Of a stretch of 64,000 bases of DNA, positions 25,278-36,042 are shown one piece after another. Numbering within the stretch: the stretch's first letter is position 1; the number at the start of each line of letters is the position of its first letter. This DNA comes from an uncultured bacterium (GTDB lineage: Bacteria; Krumholzibacteriota; Krumholzibacteriia; LZORAL124-64-63): contig CALMJK010000002.1 in NCBI GenBank assembly GCA_937864225.1, forward strand, positions 67,916-131,915, read 5' to 3'. The notes below the pieces were generated by a model. It saw only the letters and a list, made by a program, of their open reading frames with translations. It did not search any database and had not been told where the DNA came from. The position numbers were made by a program, and so were the translations under genes.

Positions 25278-26624
25278 TCAGGCGCCGAGGAAGTCCCGCA
25301 GCGCGCGGGCGTATGCTTCGAGGTCGGCCGCCGTCCGCTTCTCGGTGACCGCCACCAGCAGGTCGCCCTCGCCGCAGCCGGCGAACCCCGCCAGCGGGAT
25401 GCCGGCGAGGAGGCCGCGCTCGCGCGCGAAGACGCGGAACTCGCGCGCCGGCCTCGGCAGGCGCAGCACGAACTCGTTGAAGACCGGGCCCGGAAACGGC
25501 AGCGTCGCGCCGCGGACGCGACGCAACGCGTCCCGCAGCGCCTCGCAGCGCACGCGGTTCGCCTCGCCCAGCTCGACCAGGCCTTCCGGACCCAGCAGCG
25601 CCAGATAGACCGTCGCGCGCAGCGCCATGAGGCCCTGGTTCGTGCAGATGTTCGACGTCGCCTTTTCGCGCCGGATGTGCTGCTCGCGCGTCTGCAGGGT
25701 CAGCACGTAGGCGTCGCGGCCGTCCACGTCCTGCGTGCGCCCCACGACGCGGCCGGGCAGCAGGCGCTTGAACTCGTCGGCGCAGGCCAGAAGACCGAGG
25801 AGCGGTCCGCCGAACGAGCACGGCACGCCCAACGGCTGCGCCTCGCCCACCGCGATCTGCGCGCCGTACTCGGCCGGCGCCTTCAGCAGCGACAGCGACA
25901 CGGGGTTCACGCACGCGATCACGCAGGCGCCGCCCGCCGCCGCCGCCAGTTCGTCCACCGGCTCGACGAGGCCCAGGTAGTTGGGATTCTGGATCACGAC
26001 CGCGCCGACGTCCCCGGCGGCCGTCAAGGCCCGCAGCGCCGCCGGATCGGTCGTGCCGTCGGCGCGCCGCGGGATCTCCGCGAGCGCGATGTCCTCGCCG
26101 GCGAGCGTCGTGGCCATGACGCGCCGGTAGCGGGGATTGAGCGCGGTGGGCACGGCCACCTTGGGACGCCGCCGCTGGGCCGCCCCCATGCGCGCCGCCT
26201 CGGTGAGCGCCGTGGCCCCGTCGTACATGCTGGCGTTGGCCACCGGCAGGCCCGTCAGGCGGCAGACGAAAGTCTGCCATTCGTGGATCACCTGCAGCGT
26301 GCCCTGCGACACCTCGGCCTGGTACGGCGTGTAGGCGGTCAGGAACTCGCTGCGGCCCGCGATCGCGTTGATCGCGGCGGGGATCACGCAGTCGTAGACG
26401 CCCCCGCCCAGAAACGAGACCAGTTCCTCCTGGCTGCGGTTGGCGGCCGCCAGCCGCTTCATTTCGCGGCGGACCTCCTCCTCGGTGCGGCCGGGCGGCA
26501 GGTCCAACGGCCCCGGCAGGCGCACCTCGGCGGGGATGGAGGCGAACAGCGCGTCGACCGAGGGCGCGCCGATGCGCGCGAGCATGGCCGCGACGTCCGC
26601 CGCGGTGTGCGGGGTGTACGGCAT
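25278..26624 (-). CDS. gcvPA: glycine dehydrogenase (decarboxylating) subunit 1
   Basis: 448 aa. MPYTPHTAADVAAML...TAYTPYQAEVSQGTLQ...MYDGATAL. Confidence 0.9.
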   Translation of the reverse strand: MPYTPHTAADVAAMLARIGAPSVDALFASIPAEVRLPGPLDLPPGRTEEEVRREMKRLAAANRSQEELVSFLGGGVYDCVIPAAINAIAGRSEFLTAYTPYQAEVSQGTLQVIHEWQTFVCRLTGLPVANASMYDGATALTEAARMGAAQRRRPKVAVPTALNPRYRRVMATTLAGEDIALAEIPRRADGTTDPAALRALTAAGDVGAVVIQNPNYLGLVEPVDELAAAAGGACVIACVNPVSLSLLKAPAEYGAQIAVGEAQPLGVPCSFGGPLLGLLACADEFKRLLPGRVVGRTQDVDGRDAYVLTLQTREQHIRREKATSNICTNQGLMALRATVYLALLGPEGLVELGEANRVRCEALRDALRRVRGATLPFPGPVFNEFVLRLPRPAREFRVFARERGLLAGIPLAGFAGCGEGDLLVAVTEKRTAADLEAYARALRDFLGA

Positions 26625-26631
26625 GTCGGCC

Positions 26632-27009
26632 TCAGTCTTCCAGCAGCTCTTCGTACTCGGCGGCGGACAGGAGCTGGTTCAGTTCGCCGGCGTCGCTCAG
26701 CCGCACGCGGATCAGCCAGCCCGCGTCGAGCGGGTCGTTGTTGACCAGCTCCGGGCTGTCCACCACGGCCTGGTTGGTCTCGACCACTTCGCCGGAGATC
26801 GGCGTGAAGAGGTCCTCGACCGCCTTCACCGTTTCGATCGTGCCCACGGCCTCGCCCCGGGCCACCTCGTTGCCGACCTCGGGCAGGTCGAGGAAGACCA
26901 CGTCGCCCAGCTCGTGCGCGGCGTACTCGGTCACGCCCACGGTGGCGACGCTGCCCTCGACCATGACCCACTCGTGGCTCTTCGTGTATTTCCGGTCGTC
27001 CGCTACCAT
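26632..27009 (-). CDS. gcvH: glycine cleavage system protein H
   Basis: 125 aa. YTKSHEWV...[16 protein letters not shown]...ETVKAVEDL (lipoyl-lysine context). Confidence 0.9.
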   Translation of the reverse strand: MVADDRKYTKSHEWVMVEGSVATVGVTEYAAHELGDVVFLDLPEVGNEVARGEAVGTIETVKAVEDLFTPISGEVVETNQAVVDSPELVNNDPLDAGWLIRVRLSDAGELNQLLSAAEYEELLED

Positions 27010-27036
27010 CGTCTCGGGCCTCCTGTCCGGTGAGAG

Positions 27037-28188
27037 TCAGCTGCGGGACGCCCGCGGATCGCCTTTCACGCGGGCGGCCAGGAACGGGTAAGGGGTCGGC
27101 GCGAGCGGGAAGCGCCGGTCGCGCACGTCGACCTCGAGCGGGCCGGCGGCGGCCGCCGTTTCCACGAGCGCCAGCGCGAGCGCCCGCTGCAGCGTCGGGC
27201 TGAAGGTGCCGCTCGTGACGGCGCCGACCCGGCGCCCGGCGGCGTACACCCCGGCCCCTTGCCGCGCGATCGCGCGCCCGTCGACCGCCACGCCCACGAG
27301 CTTGCGCGGCACGCCGCCCGCCTGCTGGCGCGCGAGCGCGTCGCGACCGACGAAACCGGGCTTGTTCAGCTTCACGGCCCAGCCGATGCCGGCCTCCAGC
27401 GGCGAGATGTCCTCGCCCAGCTCGTGGCCGTACAGGCAGTAGCCCAGCTCGAAGCGCAGCGTGTCGCGGGCCGCCAGGCCGATCGGCTCGACGCCGAGGT
27501 CGGCGCCCACGTGCAACAGCTCGCGCCAGAGCGCGAGCGCGTCGTCGTTGGGCACGTAGATCTCGTAGCCGCGCTCGCCGGTGTAGCCGGTGCGCGAGAC
27601 GACCCACGTCGAGCCCCCCAGCCGCAGCTCGACCGCCGTGTAGAAATCGAGCGCCTCGACCGCCGGCAGGTGCGCCCGCAGCGCCGTGACGCGCGACACG
27701 AGCTGCCAGGCCTCGGGGCCCTGCACCGCGATCAGCGCGACGCGGTCGCTGGCGTCGTCGAGCCGCAGGCCATCCGTCCCGCGCGCCCGCTTCGCCGTCC
27801 AGGCCGCGATCTTGGCGTGATTGGCCCCGTTGCAGACGATCAGCCAGCGCTCGGGCGCCAGGCGGTAGATCAGCATGTCGTCGAGCGTGCCGCCGTCCTC
27901 GCGGCACATCGCCGTGTAGATCACCTTGCCGACGGGGATGCCGGCCGTGCGGTTGGTCACCAGCCCGTCGAGCCACGCCTCCGCGGCGGGGCCCTCGGCG
28001 TAGATCTCGCCCATGTGGGTGATGTCGAACAGTCCGGCCCGCTCGCGCACCGCGGCGTGCTCGGCCAGCTCGCCCCGGTACTTGATCGGCATCAGGAAGC
28101 CCGCGAAGGGCGCCATCTTCGCGCCGTGGGCGAGGTGCCAATCGGTCAGGGGCGTGCGCTTGAGATCGGCTTGGGCTGGGTCTGCCAC
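27037..28188 (-). CDS. gcvT: aminomethyltransferase (glycine cleavage system T protein)
   Basis: Start moved to the GTG at VADPAQADLKRTPLTDWH (AAAGGAG RBS 6 nt upstream). The longer ATG ORF would add about 35 Arg-rich residues. About 383 aa. Confidence 0.85.
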   Translation of the reverse strand: MADPAQADLKRTPLTDWHLAHGAKMAPFAGFLMPIKYRGELAEHAAVRERAGLFDITHMGEIYAEGPAAEAWLDGLVTNRTAGIPVGKVIYTAMCREDGGTLDDMLIYRLAPERWLIVCNGANHAKIAAWTAKRARGTDGLRLDDASDRVALIAVQGPEAWQLVSRVTALRAHLPAVEALDFYTAVELRLGGSTWVVSRTGYTGERGYEIYVPNDDALALWRELLHVGADLGVEPIGLAARDTLRFELGYCLYGHELGEDISPLEAGIGWAVKLNKPGFVGRDALARQQAGGVPRKLVGVAVDGRAIARQGAGVYAAGRRVGAVTSGTFSPTLQRALALALVETAAAAGPLEVDVRDRRFPLAPTPYPFLAARVKGDPRASRS

Positions 28189-28327
28189 GGGAAGGCTCCT
28201 TTCGCGCGCGAAACGGGCGGCGCCAGGGCGCCGGGTCGTCTGTCCGGACGCGACGGCCGGGGCAAATCTAAGCGGGTGCTGGCCGCCGGCCAAGGTCGAT
28301 TGTGCGCGACCGCGACGCGACGCCGGC

Positions 28328-31198
28328 TCAGGCCGCGCCGAACAGCTCGCGCAGCATGGCGCCGGTGTACGAGGCGGGCGCGGCCGTGACGTCGGACAAC
28401 TCCCCCTGCGCGACGATCCACCCGCCGTCGCGCCCTCCTTCCGGCCCCATGTCGATGACGCGGTCGGCGCGCCTGATCACGTCCGGGTGGTGTTCGATCA
28501 CGATGACCGTGTCGCCGCGCGCGACCAGCCGCGCGAGCACGTCCAGCAGGCGGTCGACGTCGCAGAAGTGCAGGCCGGTCGTGGGCTCGTCCAGGATGTA
28601 GAGGGTGCGCCCCTGGCCGCCGCGCGACAGCTCGCGCGACAGCTTCAGGCGCTGCGCCTCGCCGCCCGAGAGCGTCGCGCCCGGCTGTCCCAGGCGCAGG
28701 TACCCGAGCCCGACGCCCACCAGCACCTCCAGGATCGGCCGACAGGCCGGGATCGCGCGCAGCAGCTCCAGCGCCTCCTCGACCGGCCGCGCCAGCAGCT
28801 CCGCGATGTTCAGCCCCTTGAAGCGCACCTCGAGGGTCTCGCGCGCGTAGCGGCTGCCGCCGCATTCCTCGCACATCACCTCGACGTCGGGCAGGAAGTC
28901 CATCGTCAGGCGGCGCACGCCCGCTCCCTCGCAGGCGGCGCAGCGCCCGCCCGGCGTGTTGAAGCTGAAGTGCCCCGGCCCCCAACCCCGCATGCGGGCC
29001 AGCTCGGTCTGCGCGAAGAGCGCGCGCACCGGCGTCAGCAGGCCGGTGTAGGTCGCGGGCGTGGAACGGGGCGTGCGGCCGATCGGGTCCTGGTCCACCA
29101 GCACGACCCCGCGCAGCGCCTCTTCCCCCTCGAGCGTGTCGAACGGCTCCGGGCGCGCCGTGGCGTGGTGCATCCTCTGCGCGAGCGCCCGGTAGAGCGT
29201 GTCGTGCACGGCGGTGCTCTTGCCCGAGCCCGACACGCCGGTCACGACGGTGAGGCGCCCGAGCGGGATCTCGAGGTCGATCCCCTTGAGATTGCGCCCG
29301 CGCAGCCCGCGCATGAGGAGCCGCCCCGCCGGCGGCTCGCCGCGCGAGAGCGGCTCCGGCCCGCGCCCGGCCGCGCCGCTGGCCAGGTAGGCGCCGGTGG
29401 AGCTGCCCGGCGTGGCGGCCACTTCCCGCCAGGTGCCCTGCGCCACGATGCGGCCCCCGTGCTCGCCGGCGCCGGGGCCGAGGTCGAGGATGTGGTCGGC
29501 GCCGAGCATGATGTCGCGGTCGTGCTCCACGACCACCACCGTGTTGCCGCGGTCGCGCAGCGCTTCCAGCGTGTCGATCAGCCGCCGGATGTCGCGATGG
29601 TGCAGTCCGACGCTCGGCTCGTCCAGGATGTAGAGCACGCCGGTCAGCCGCGAACCGACCTGGGTGGCCAGCCGCACGCGCTGCCCCTCGCCGCCCGAGA
29701 GCGTGGCGGCGCCGCGATCGAGCGAGAGATAGCCCACGCCCACGCGCTCGAGGAACTGCGCGCGCGCGAGGATTTGCTCGATCACGCGACGACCCGCTTC
29801 CCGGCGGACGCCCGGCGGAAAGGTCAGCTCCCGGCCCCACTCCACCAGTTCGGTCACCGGCAGCGCGCAGGCCTCGCCCACGTGCAGGCCGCCCACGCGC
29901 ACCGCCAGCGCCTCCGGGCGCAGCCGGTAGCCCCGGCAAGCGGTGCATGTGGCCTCTGCCATCAGCTTCTCTATCGTGCCGCGCACCTTGTCGGACTTCG
30001 TCTCGCGGTGCCGGCGCATCAGCTCCGGGATCAGCCCCTGCCACCCCTGCAGGAACGCCTGGTAGTGCACGTGCCGCTGCAGGCGCCGGTCCAGCGCGGG
30101 CGTGAGCCCATGCAGGATGGCGCGCTTGGCCTCCGGCGGCAGGTCGCGGTAGGGCGTCGTGAGGGCGAAGCCCAGCGCGCCCGCCAGCGCCTCGATCTGC
30201 GTGTAGAGCCAGCCCGTCTCCTTGCCCTTCAGGAAGGCGATCGCGCCGTCGGCGAGCGACCGCGCGGCGTCGGGGATCAGGGCGTCTTCGCGCACGGTGC
30301 GCAGGCTGCCCAGCCCGTGACACTCCGGGCAGGAGCCCCGCGGCGAGTTGAACGAGAAGAGCCGCCAGTCCAGCTCGGGGAAGCCGCGGTTGCAGGCCGG
30401 ACACGAACTGAGGCGGCTGTAGAGGACCCGCCCGCCGTCGGCGCGCAGCAGGACCACGGCGCCGGCGCCGAGCGCCGTGGCGCGTTCGAGCGCTTCCGTC
30501 ACGCGCGCCTCGAGGCCCGGCCGCGCCGTCAGCCCGTCCAGCACGACATCGATGTCGTGGCGCTGCGTGGCCGCCAGCGCCGGCGCCGCCTCGAGCTCGA
30601 TCGGCTCCCCGTCCACGAACGCCCGCAGGTAGCCCTGCGCGAGCAGGTCCTGCAGCAGCTTGCGGTGCGCGCCCTTGCGCCCGCGCGCGACCGGCGCCAG
30701 CAGCCAGAAGCGCGTGCCCGTCGGCAGCGCCAGCACCGCGTCGCGGATCTCGGACAGCGGGCGCGACGCCGCCTCGACCCCGCAGTCGGGGCAGACCACG
30801 GTGCCACAGCGGGCGTAGAGCAGCCGCACGTAGCTGGCGATCTCGGTGATGGTCCCGACCGTGGAGCGCGGGCTGCTGCCCAGCCCCTTCTGATCGATGG
30901 CCAGGGCGGGCGAGAGACCTTCGATGCGATCGACGTCGGGCTTGGGCAGTTGGTCCAGGAACTGGTGCGCGAAGCTCGAGAGGCTCTCGATGTAGCGCCG
31001 CTGCCCCTCGGCGTAGAGCGTGTCAAAGGCGAGCGACGACTTGCCCGAGCCGCTCGGCCCCGTGATGACGATCAGCCGGCGTCGCGGCAGCGTGACGTCG
31101 ATGTTCCGCAGATTGTGGACCCGGACCCCCCGGGCTGTGATCCAGCCCGCGCCCCGGGTCGGGGCCGCGTCCCCGCTATGCTCAACCAAGCTCGGCAT
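28328..31198 (-). CDS. uvrA: excinuclease ABC subunit A
   Basis: Start at internal [12 protein letters not shown] (956 aa). Two ABC ATPase modules ([23 protein letters not shown]; [16 protein letters not shown]) and zinc-finger Cys pairs. Confidence 0.9.
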   Translation of the reverse strand: MPSLVEHSGDAAPTRGAGWITARGVRVHNLRNIDVTLPRRRLIVITGPSGSGKSSLAFDTLYAEGQRRYIESLSSFAHQFLDQLPKPDVDRIEGLSPALAIDQKGLGSSPRSTVGTITEIASYVRLLYARCGTVVCPDCGVEAASRPLSEIRDAVLALPTGTRFWLLAPVARGRKGAHRKLLQDLLAQGYLRAFVDGEPIELEAAPALAATQRHDIDVVLDGLTARPGLEARVTEALERATALGAGAVVLLRADGGRVLYSRLSSCPACNRGFPELDWRLFSFNSPRGSCPECHGLGSLRTVREDALIPDAARSLADGAIAFLKGKETGWLYTQIEALAGALGFALTTPYRDLPPEAKRAILHGLTPALDRRLQRHVHYQAFLQGWQGLIPELMRRHRETKSDKVRGTIEKLMAEATCTACRGYRLRPEALAVRVGGLHVGEACALPVTELVEWGRELTFPPGVRREAGRRVIEQILARAQFLERVGVGYLSLDRGAATLSGGEGQRVRLATQVGSRLTGVLYILDEPSVGLHHRDIRRLIDTLEALRDRGNTVVVVEHDRDIMLGADHILDLGPGAGEHGGRIVAQGTWREVAATPGSSTGAYLASGAAGRGPEPLSRGEPPAGRLLMRGLRGRNLKGIDLEIPLGRLTVVTGVSGSGKSTAVHDTLYRALAQRMHHATARPEPFDTLEGEEALRGVVLVDQDPIGRTPRSTPATYTGLLTPVRALFAQTELARMRGWGPGHFSFNTPGGRCAACEGAGVRRLTMDFLPDVEVMCEECGGSRYARETLEVRFKGLNIAELLARPVEEALELLRAIPACRPILEVLVGVGLGYLRLGQPGATLSGGEAQRLKLSRELSRGGQGRTLYILDEPTTGLHFCDVDRLLDVLARLVARGDTVIVIEHHPDVIRRADRVIDMGPEGGRDGGWIVAQGELSDVTAAPASYTGAMLRELFGAA

Positions 31199-31499
31199 GC
31201 CCGCTCCCGCCCGCCGCGCCGCGGGCAATCGTTCATGGTGGGGCGCGGGCCCGGCGGCGTCAAGGAGCCAAGGCTGGCTGTCGCCGCTGGCGGAGCCTCC
31301 CCAAAGGCAAGGCGCTCCGCGACGCGCGATGGCATTTCCCATCAATCCCACCCCGAAAATGCCGATCTCCATGGTGGCACGCCCGTTGCCTCCGGAGGGC
31401 GACGGGCCGCGCGACCACGCGACGAATCGGCATGCCCGCACGCGGGCGTCGCGCCCGGTTCCCCGGCGCGGGAACGGCGCGAAAGGCAGGGAGGACGGT

Positions 31500-32501
31500 A
31501 TGGGCGAGTTGATGGAGATCATCGAGTGGTTCGACGAGTCGGGGCAGGCCATGGCCCACCGCTTCCCGCCGGACGGCTCGGGCGCCCTGAAAATGGGGGC
31601 GCAGCTCATCGTGCGCGAGAGTCAGGAGGCCGTGTTCTTCAGCGGCGGCCGGGCTCTGGACCGCTTCGCGGCGGGCCGCTGGACCCTGAGCACCGCCAAT
31701 CTGCCGCTGCTCACGTCCGCGCTCTCCCTGCCGTGGGGCTTCCGCTCGCCCTTCCGGGCCGAGGTCGTCTTCACCAATCGCAAGACCTTCACCGACCTGC
31801 GCTGGGGCACCCAGGAGCCGGTCATCTTCAAGGACGAGAAGCTCGGCCACGTTCGTCTGCGCGCCTTCGGCAACTACACGCTGCGCGTGGATGACACCCT
31901 GGCGTTCGTCAACCGGGTGGTCGGCACCGCCGGGCATTATGCAACCTCGGAGTTGGAAGGGTTCCTGCGCGACGTCATCGTCGCCCGCCTGAACGACTTC
32001 CTGGGCGAGACCCTCCAGACGATCTTCGACCTGCCGGCCAACTACGACGAGATGGCGAGCGCGATGCAGGCCCGCCTGGGGCCCGACTTCGCCCGCTACG
32101 GTCTGACGCTGGAGGGCTTCTGGATCCAGTCCGTGACGCCGCCTGAAGAGGTGCAGCGCATGGTCGACGGCCAGGGCGGACTGGCGCTCGTGAAGGACAT
32201 GCCGGCCTGGATGCAGTACCAGATGGCCTCGGCGATCGGGCGCGAGCAGACCGGAGGCACGAGCGACCAGCTCGTCGGCGCTGGCCTGGGCGTCGGGGTC
32301 GGCATGATGCTGCCCGGCATGCTGCGCGACGCCCTGCACGTCGGGCCGAGCGGCGGCGCGGGCGCGCCGGCTCCCACCGGCGGCGGCGCCGGCGGCGGCG
32401 CGGCGGGCGCGGGCTTCTGCGCGCAGTGCGGCGCCGCGCTGCCCGGGGGCGCCCGGTTCTGCCCGGGTTGCGGCCGCGCCCTCGACGGTTCGCAGTCATG
32501 A
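31500..32501 (+). CDS. SPFH/band-7 family protein (Band_7_1 type) with C-terminal zinc-ribbon
   Basis: [18 protein letters not shown] with [34 protein letters not shown]...[12 protein letters not shown] is the Band_7_1 signature. C-terminal [19 protein letters not shown] zinc ribbon. Confidence 0.75.
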   Translation: MGELMEIIEWFDESGQAMAHRFPPDGSGALKMGAQLIVRESQEAVFFSGGRALDRFAAGRWTLSTANLPLLTSALSLPWGFRSPFRAEVVFTNRKTFTDLRWGTQEPVIFKDEKLGHVRLRAFGNYTLRVDDTLAFVNRVVGTAGHYATSELEGFLRDVIVARLNDFLGETLQTIFDLPANYDEMASAMQARLGPDFARYGLTLEGFWIQSVTPPEEVQRMVDGQGGLALVKDMPAWMQYQMASAIGREQTGGTSDQLVGAGLGVGVGMMLPGMLRDALHVGPSGGAGAPAPTGGGAGGGAAGAGFCAQCGAALPGGARFCPGCGRALDGSQS

Positions 32502-33307
32502 CCGACAGCGCGCCATTGCGCTGCCCGCAATGCGGCGCGCCCCTGCCCACCACGGCCGGCGGCCTCGACCTGCTCTGCCCCTGGTGCCGCTCCACCGTGC
32601 GCCTGGGCGCGCCGGCCGCGCAACGCGAGCTGCTGCTCGTCGACCGCGGCGACCGCGCCGAGGCCGCCCTGCTGCTCGCGCAGCACCTCGCCGCGCGCCA
32701 CGGCCACGACGCGACCGTGCGCGGCGGCGGCGAGTCGCGCCTGCTGCCCTTCTGGTCGGTGCTCACGCGCGACGGCGACCTGCTCACCGGCCCCGCCACC
32801 GCCGAGGAGCCGCAGCTGCTCGCGCGCCTGACGCTCCCCTCGCTGCCCGCCCGTCCGGTGGCCGCGGCGGAGCTGGCCGGCGTCGAACAGGCCCCGGCCG
32901 ACGTGACGCTCGCGGCCTTCCTCGCCGCGCCCCGCGACGCGCGCGAGCCGGCCGCCGCCGTCGCGCCGGAGCAGGTCGAACGCGCCTGGCTGATCTGGGT
33001 GCCGGTGCGCTGCTGGCAGGTGCGCGTCGGCGGGCGCGCGGTGCGCGCCCTGACCGTCGCGGACAGCAGCGTGCCTGTCCTGGCGCCCCTGCCCGCGCCG
33101 GCGCGGCCGCCGGTGCGTTGGCGCCAGCTGCTCGAACTGGGCGCCTGGTGCGGCTGTCTGGTGCTGGCCGGCCGCCTGTTGCCGCTGGCGCTGCACGTGC
33201 CCGTGGCGGCCGCGCTCGTCGTGGCCGGCCTGTGGGCGTGGCGCCGTCCGATCGGCCGCGGCGCCGGGCAGGCCCTGGGCGCGCCGGGCACGGGAGGCCG
33301 GGGATGA
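32498..33307 (+). CDS. zinc-ribbon protein with C-terminal transmembrane segments (hypothetical), paralog 1
   Basis: ATG overlaps the upstream stop (ATGA). N-terminal CPQCGAPL...CPWC. Hydrophobic C-terminus [35 protein letters not shown]. Confidence 0.6.
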   Translation: MTDSAPLRCPQCGAPLPTTAGGLDLLCPWCRSTVRLGAPAAQRELLLVDRGDRAEAALLLAQHLAARHGHDATVRGGGESRLLPFWSVLTRDGDLLTGPATAEEPQLLARLTLPSLPARPVAAAELAGVEQAPADVTLAAFLAAPRDAREPAAAVAPEQVERAWLIWVPVRCWQVRVGGRAVRALTVADSSVPVLAPLPAPARPPVRWRQLLELGAWCGCLVLAGRLLPLALHVPVAAALVVAGLWAWRRPIGRGAGQALGAPGTGGRG

Positions 33308-34425
33308 ACGCGCCCGAGCAGATCGCCAGCCGTCTGCCGGCGCTGGGCTGTCCGGCCTGCGGCGGCCACACCCGACCCGGCCCCGGCGGCCGCCACGACT
33401 GCGATTTCTGCGGCGGCCATTTCCTGGATGCCGTCGGCGGCGGCGTGCCGACCGTCACGCCGGCCCGTCACGTCGGCGCCGCGACCGCGTACCACACCGC
33501 CACCGGCTGGTTGCGCGCGCAGGCGATCCTCGCGCGACCGGCGCCCCGTCCCGGCGACATCTCGCTGCTGTATGTCCCGTACTGGCGCTACGAGGCCACG
33601 CTGTCCGGCTGGCTGCTGACGCGACCCCATCGGCAGGCGCGCGCCCCCGTGCCGGCCGCCTCCGGCCGGCGCGGCGCCAGCGCGGGCGACGAAAGCCAGG
33701 AGAGGCTGGCCGATCTGCTGCGCCGCGCCTCCGGACCGAACGAGGCGCAACGCTTGGCCGAGTTCCTGGCCGCGCGGCCGCCCGGCGAGCGCGACGCCCC
33801 GGCCGGGGGCGGTGCGGACACGCCTGACCGCGGCCTGCGCACGAGCGCGTTGCTGCGCCCGGTGGCGTGGAGCGGGCCGGGCTGCGATGTGCGCGACTTC
33901 GGCCTCGTCGGCGTCCACCGGCTGGTCAGCGACGACCGGCTCACGCCGTTCGATTTCGCCGCGGCCGAACGGACCGGCACCGTCTGCCAGGTCACCGGCA
34001 GCGTGGCCACCGTCCGGCGCCTGGCCGAGCGCGCCATCCTGAACCAGTTGGCCGGCTCGCAGCAGTTGTTGCGCCGCCGCCTCAGTTTCGTGCGTGAGAA
34101 GGTCGAGCTGGTCTACTACCCGCTGTACGTCTTCAAGTATCGCGCGCGGGGGCTGGCCTGCCGGCTGGTCCTGGACGGCGCGCGCGGCGAGCTGCTGGCG
34201 GGCAGCCGGCCGGCGGCGCAGCCGGACGGCCTGTGGCGGCTGTTCTGCGGCACCGCGCTCTGGAGCTGCGTCTGGAGCGCCAGCGCGCAGGCGGGAGCGG
34301 GCTGCCTGCCCGCGCTCTGGCTGGGCGACGGCTGGGCTCGCAACCACCTCGCCTCGCCGCGCGAGCTGGCGCTGCGCGCGCAGGCGGCGCTGGAGCCGCC
34401 GCGCGTGACCGTCGAGGAGTTTTGA
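33304..34425 (+). CDS. zinc-ribbon domain protein (hypothetical), paralog 2
   Basis: ATGA overlap with paralog 1. N-terminal CPACGG...CDFCGG. Internal LLYVPYWRY and LVYYPLYVFKYR motifs. Confidence 0.6.
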   Translation: MNAPEQIASRLPALGCPACGGHTRPGPGGRHDCDFCGGHFLDAVGGGVPTVTPARHVGAATAYHTATGWLRAQAILARPAPRPGDISLLYVPYWRYEATLSGWLLTRPHRQARAPVPAASGRRGASAGDESQERLADLLRRASGPNEAQRLAEFLAARPPGERDAPAGGGADTPDRGLRTSALLRPVAWSGPGCDVRDFGLVGVHRLVSDDRLTPFDFAAAERTGTVCQVTGSVATVRRLAERAILNQLAGSQQLLRRRLSFVREKVELVYYPLYVFKYRARGLACRLVLDGARGELLAGSRPAAQPDGLWRLFCGTALWSCVWSASAQAGAGCLPALWLGDGWARNHLASPRELALRAQAALEPPRVTVEEF

Positions 34426-34447
34426 GCGTGCGGAAGGGGGCGCGACG

Positions 34448-35125
34448 ATGACTTTGGTGCGACTGGCCTGCCCGAACTGCGGCACCGACCTGACGGGACC
34501 GCCCGGCGCGGTGCTCTTCCCGTGCGCGGGCTGCGGGCAAACGTGCGAGGCGGCGGCCGGCCGGCTGCGCCGCGTCGCGACCCGCGCCCTCGCGCCGCGC
34601 CGCGAGGCGCGGGACCGGCGGCTCGTGCACCTGCCGTGCTGGTGCTTCACGCTGACGTGCGTCGCGGACGCGCCTGTCGCGGGCCTGCCGCCCCGCGTCG
34701 TCGTGCCGTCGGTGGGCCCGATGCCCGGCGGCATCTTCCTGCGCCTGGCGCGCGGCCTGAGCATGGCGGCGAAGGGCTGGGCCGCGCCGGCCGTGGGCGC
34801 CTCCGCCGCGGCCCCCGCCGGGGCGCTGCCCGGACGGCTGGGCGTGGCCGACGCCCTGGCCCTGGCGCAGACCGTGGCCCTGGCCTGTGTGCCGGGCACG
34901 GTGCGGGCGGGACTCTTGACCGCCGAGCCTTTCCCGCTGCGGCTGGCGGACGCCGAACTGGTTTGGCTCCCCTGCGCGTTCAACGGCGCCCGCTGCGAGG
35001 ACCTCCTGGTGGGCCTCGACGTCCACGCGCGCCTGCTCGAAGGCGGACAACAGGCGCCTACGGCGCGGCCGGCGCGCCCGCCGGAGGGCGTTCCCGCCGA
35101 CGATCCGGTCGGCGCGCCCCGCTGA
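34448..35125 (+). CDS. zinc-ribbon domain protein (hypothetical), paralog 3
   Basis: N-terminal CPNCGTDL...CAGCGQ. LVHLPCWCF and LVWLPCAF motifs parallel paralogs 1 and 2. Confidence 0.55.
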   Translation: MTLVRLACPNCGTDLTGPPGAVLFPCAGCGQTCEAAAGRLRRVATRALAPRREARDRRLVHLPCWCFTLTCVADAPVAGLPPRVVVPSVGPMPGGIFLRLARGLSMAAKGWAAPAVGASAAAPAGALPGRLGVADALALAQTVALACVPGTVRAGLLTAEPFPLRLADAELVWLPCAFNGARCEDLLVGLDVHARLLEGGQQAPTARPARPPEGVPADDPVGAPR

Positions 35126-35135
35126 AGCGCGGCGG

Positions 35136-35852
35136 CTACCGCGGATCGGCCGTGACGCCGGCGGCCGCCGCCCGCTCGGCGTCGGTCAGCGCCGCGGTCC
35201 CCTCCAACACGGTCATCTTGATGATGCGGATCGGGACGACGGGATTGTCGCCCGCGTCGCGCTGCGCGCCGACGATGCGATCCACCGCGTCCATGCCGGC
35301 GACGACCTGCCCGAAGATGCTGTACTTGTTGTCGAGCGCCGGCGCGTCCGCCACGCAGACGAAGAACTGGCTGCCCGCGGAGTTGGGATCCTGCGAGCGC
35401 GCCATGGAGAGGGTGCCGCGCTGGTGCTCGGCCGTCGGCGAGAACTCTGCCCGCAGCCGCGCCGGCCCGGTCAGGTCGAGGCCCACGTAGCCCCGTTCCT
35501 CCAGCACGCGCGAGGCGGCCTGCACCGCCGCTCGCTCCTGGGGCCCGAGCACGTCCGCCAGCGTGGGCCCGCCCGTGCCGTCGTCGCGCCGCTCGGCGTT
35601 GCGCGTGTTGGGATCGCCGCCCTGGATCACGAAGCCGGGCACCACGCGATGGAAATAGAGGCCATCGAAGAACCCGGCCCGCGCCAGGTGGGTGAAGTTC
35701 CCGACGTGGTGCGGCGCGAGCTCGGGCTGCATCTGGATCAGGAACGAACCCGAGTCGGTTTCGCAGCGCACGAACAGATCCGTCGCTCCGGCCGGCGCCG
35801 CGACCGCGAGCAGGGCGACCAGGACACACACGAGATGCGCGACCAGTTTCAT
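35136..35852 (-). CDS. peptidyl-prolyl cis-trans isomerase, cyclophilin type (secreted)
   Basis: Signal peptide MKLVAHLVCVLVALLAVAAPAGA. FHRVVPGFVIQGGDP...GTLSMARS...NSAGSQFFVC cyclophilin core with an internal insertion. Confidence 0.85.
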   Translation of the reverse strand: MKLVAHLVCVLVALLAVAAPAGATDLFVRCETDSGSFLIQMQPELAPHHVGNFTHLARAGFFDGLYFHRVVPGFVIQGGDPNTRNAERRDDGTGGPTLADVLGPQERAAVQAASRVLEERGYVGLDLTGPARLRAEFSPTAEHQRGTLSMARSQDPNSAGSQFFVCVADAPALDNKYSIFGQVVAGMDAVDRIVGAQRDAGDNPVVPIRIIKMTVLEGTAALTDAERAAAAGVTADPR

Positions 35853-36042
35853 CGTTTTCCTCCGCGTTCACCCGAGCCGGCGCCGGCGAGCGCCGGCGGC
35901 GGCATGCTAGCCGCGCCGGACGCCGACGGCAAGCCCAGCCCTCGCGACGGCGCGCCGCGGCGACCTTGCCCGGTGCACCGCCGAACACCATACTAGGGAT
36001 CCGCGCCGGCGCTCCGGCCAGCCGCCGCCCCGAGGAGGGCCC

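Noticed and set aside
28189-28327. Expected glycine riboswitch upstream of gcvT
   Set aside because: Looked for the conserved aptamer elements on the minus strand and did not find them. Only generic GC hairpins and palindromes are present, so I did not annotate it as a riboswitch.
28013-31894. 1293-aa plus-strand ORF and 752-aa minus out-of-frame ORF (28146..30404) within uvrA
   Set aside because: The in-frame minus-strand translation has unmistakable UvrA ABC and zinc-finger motifs. The alternatives are low-complexity.
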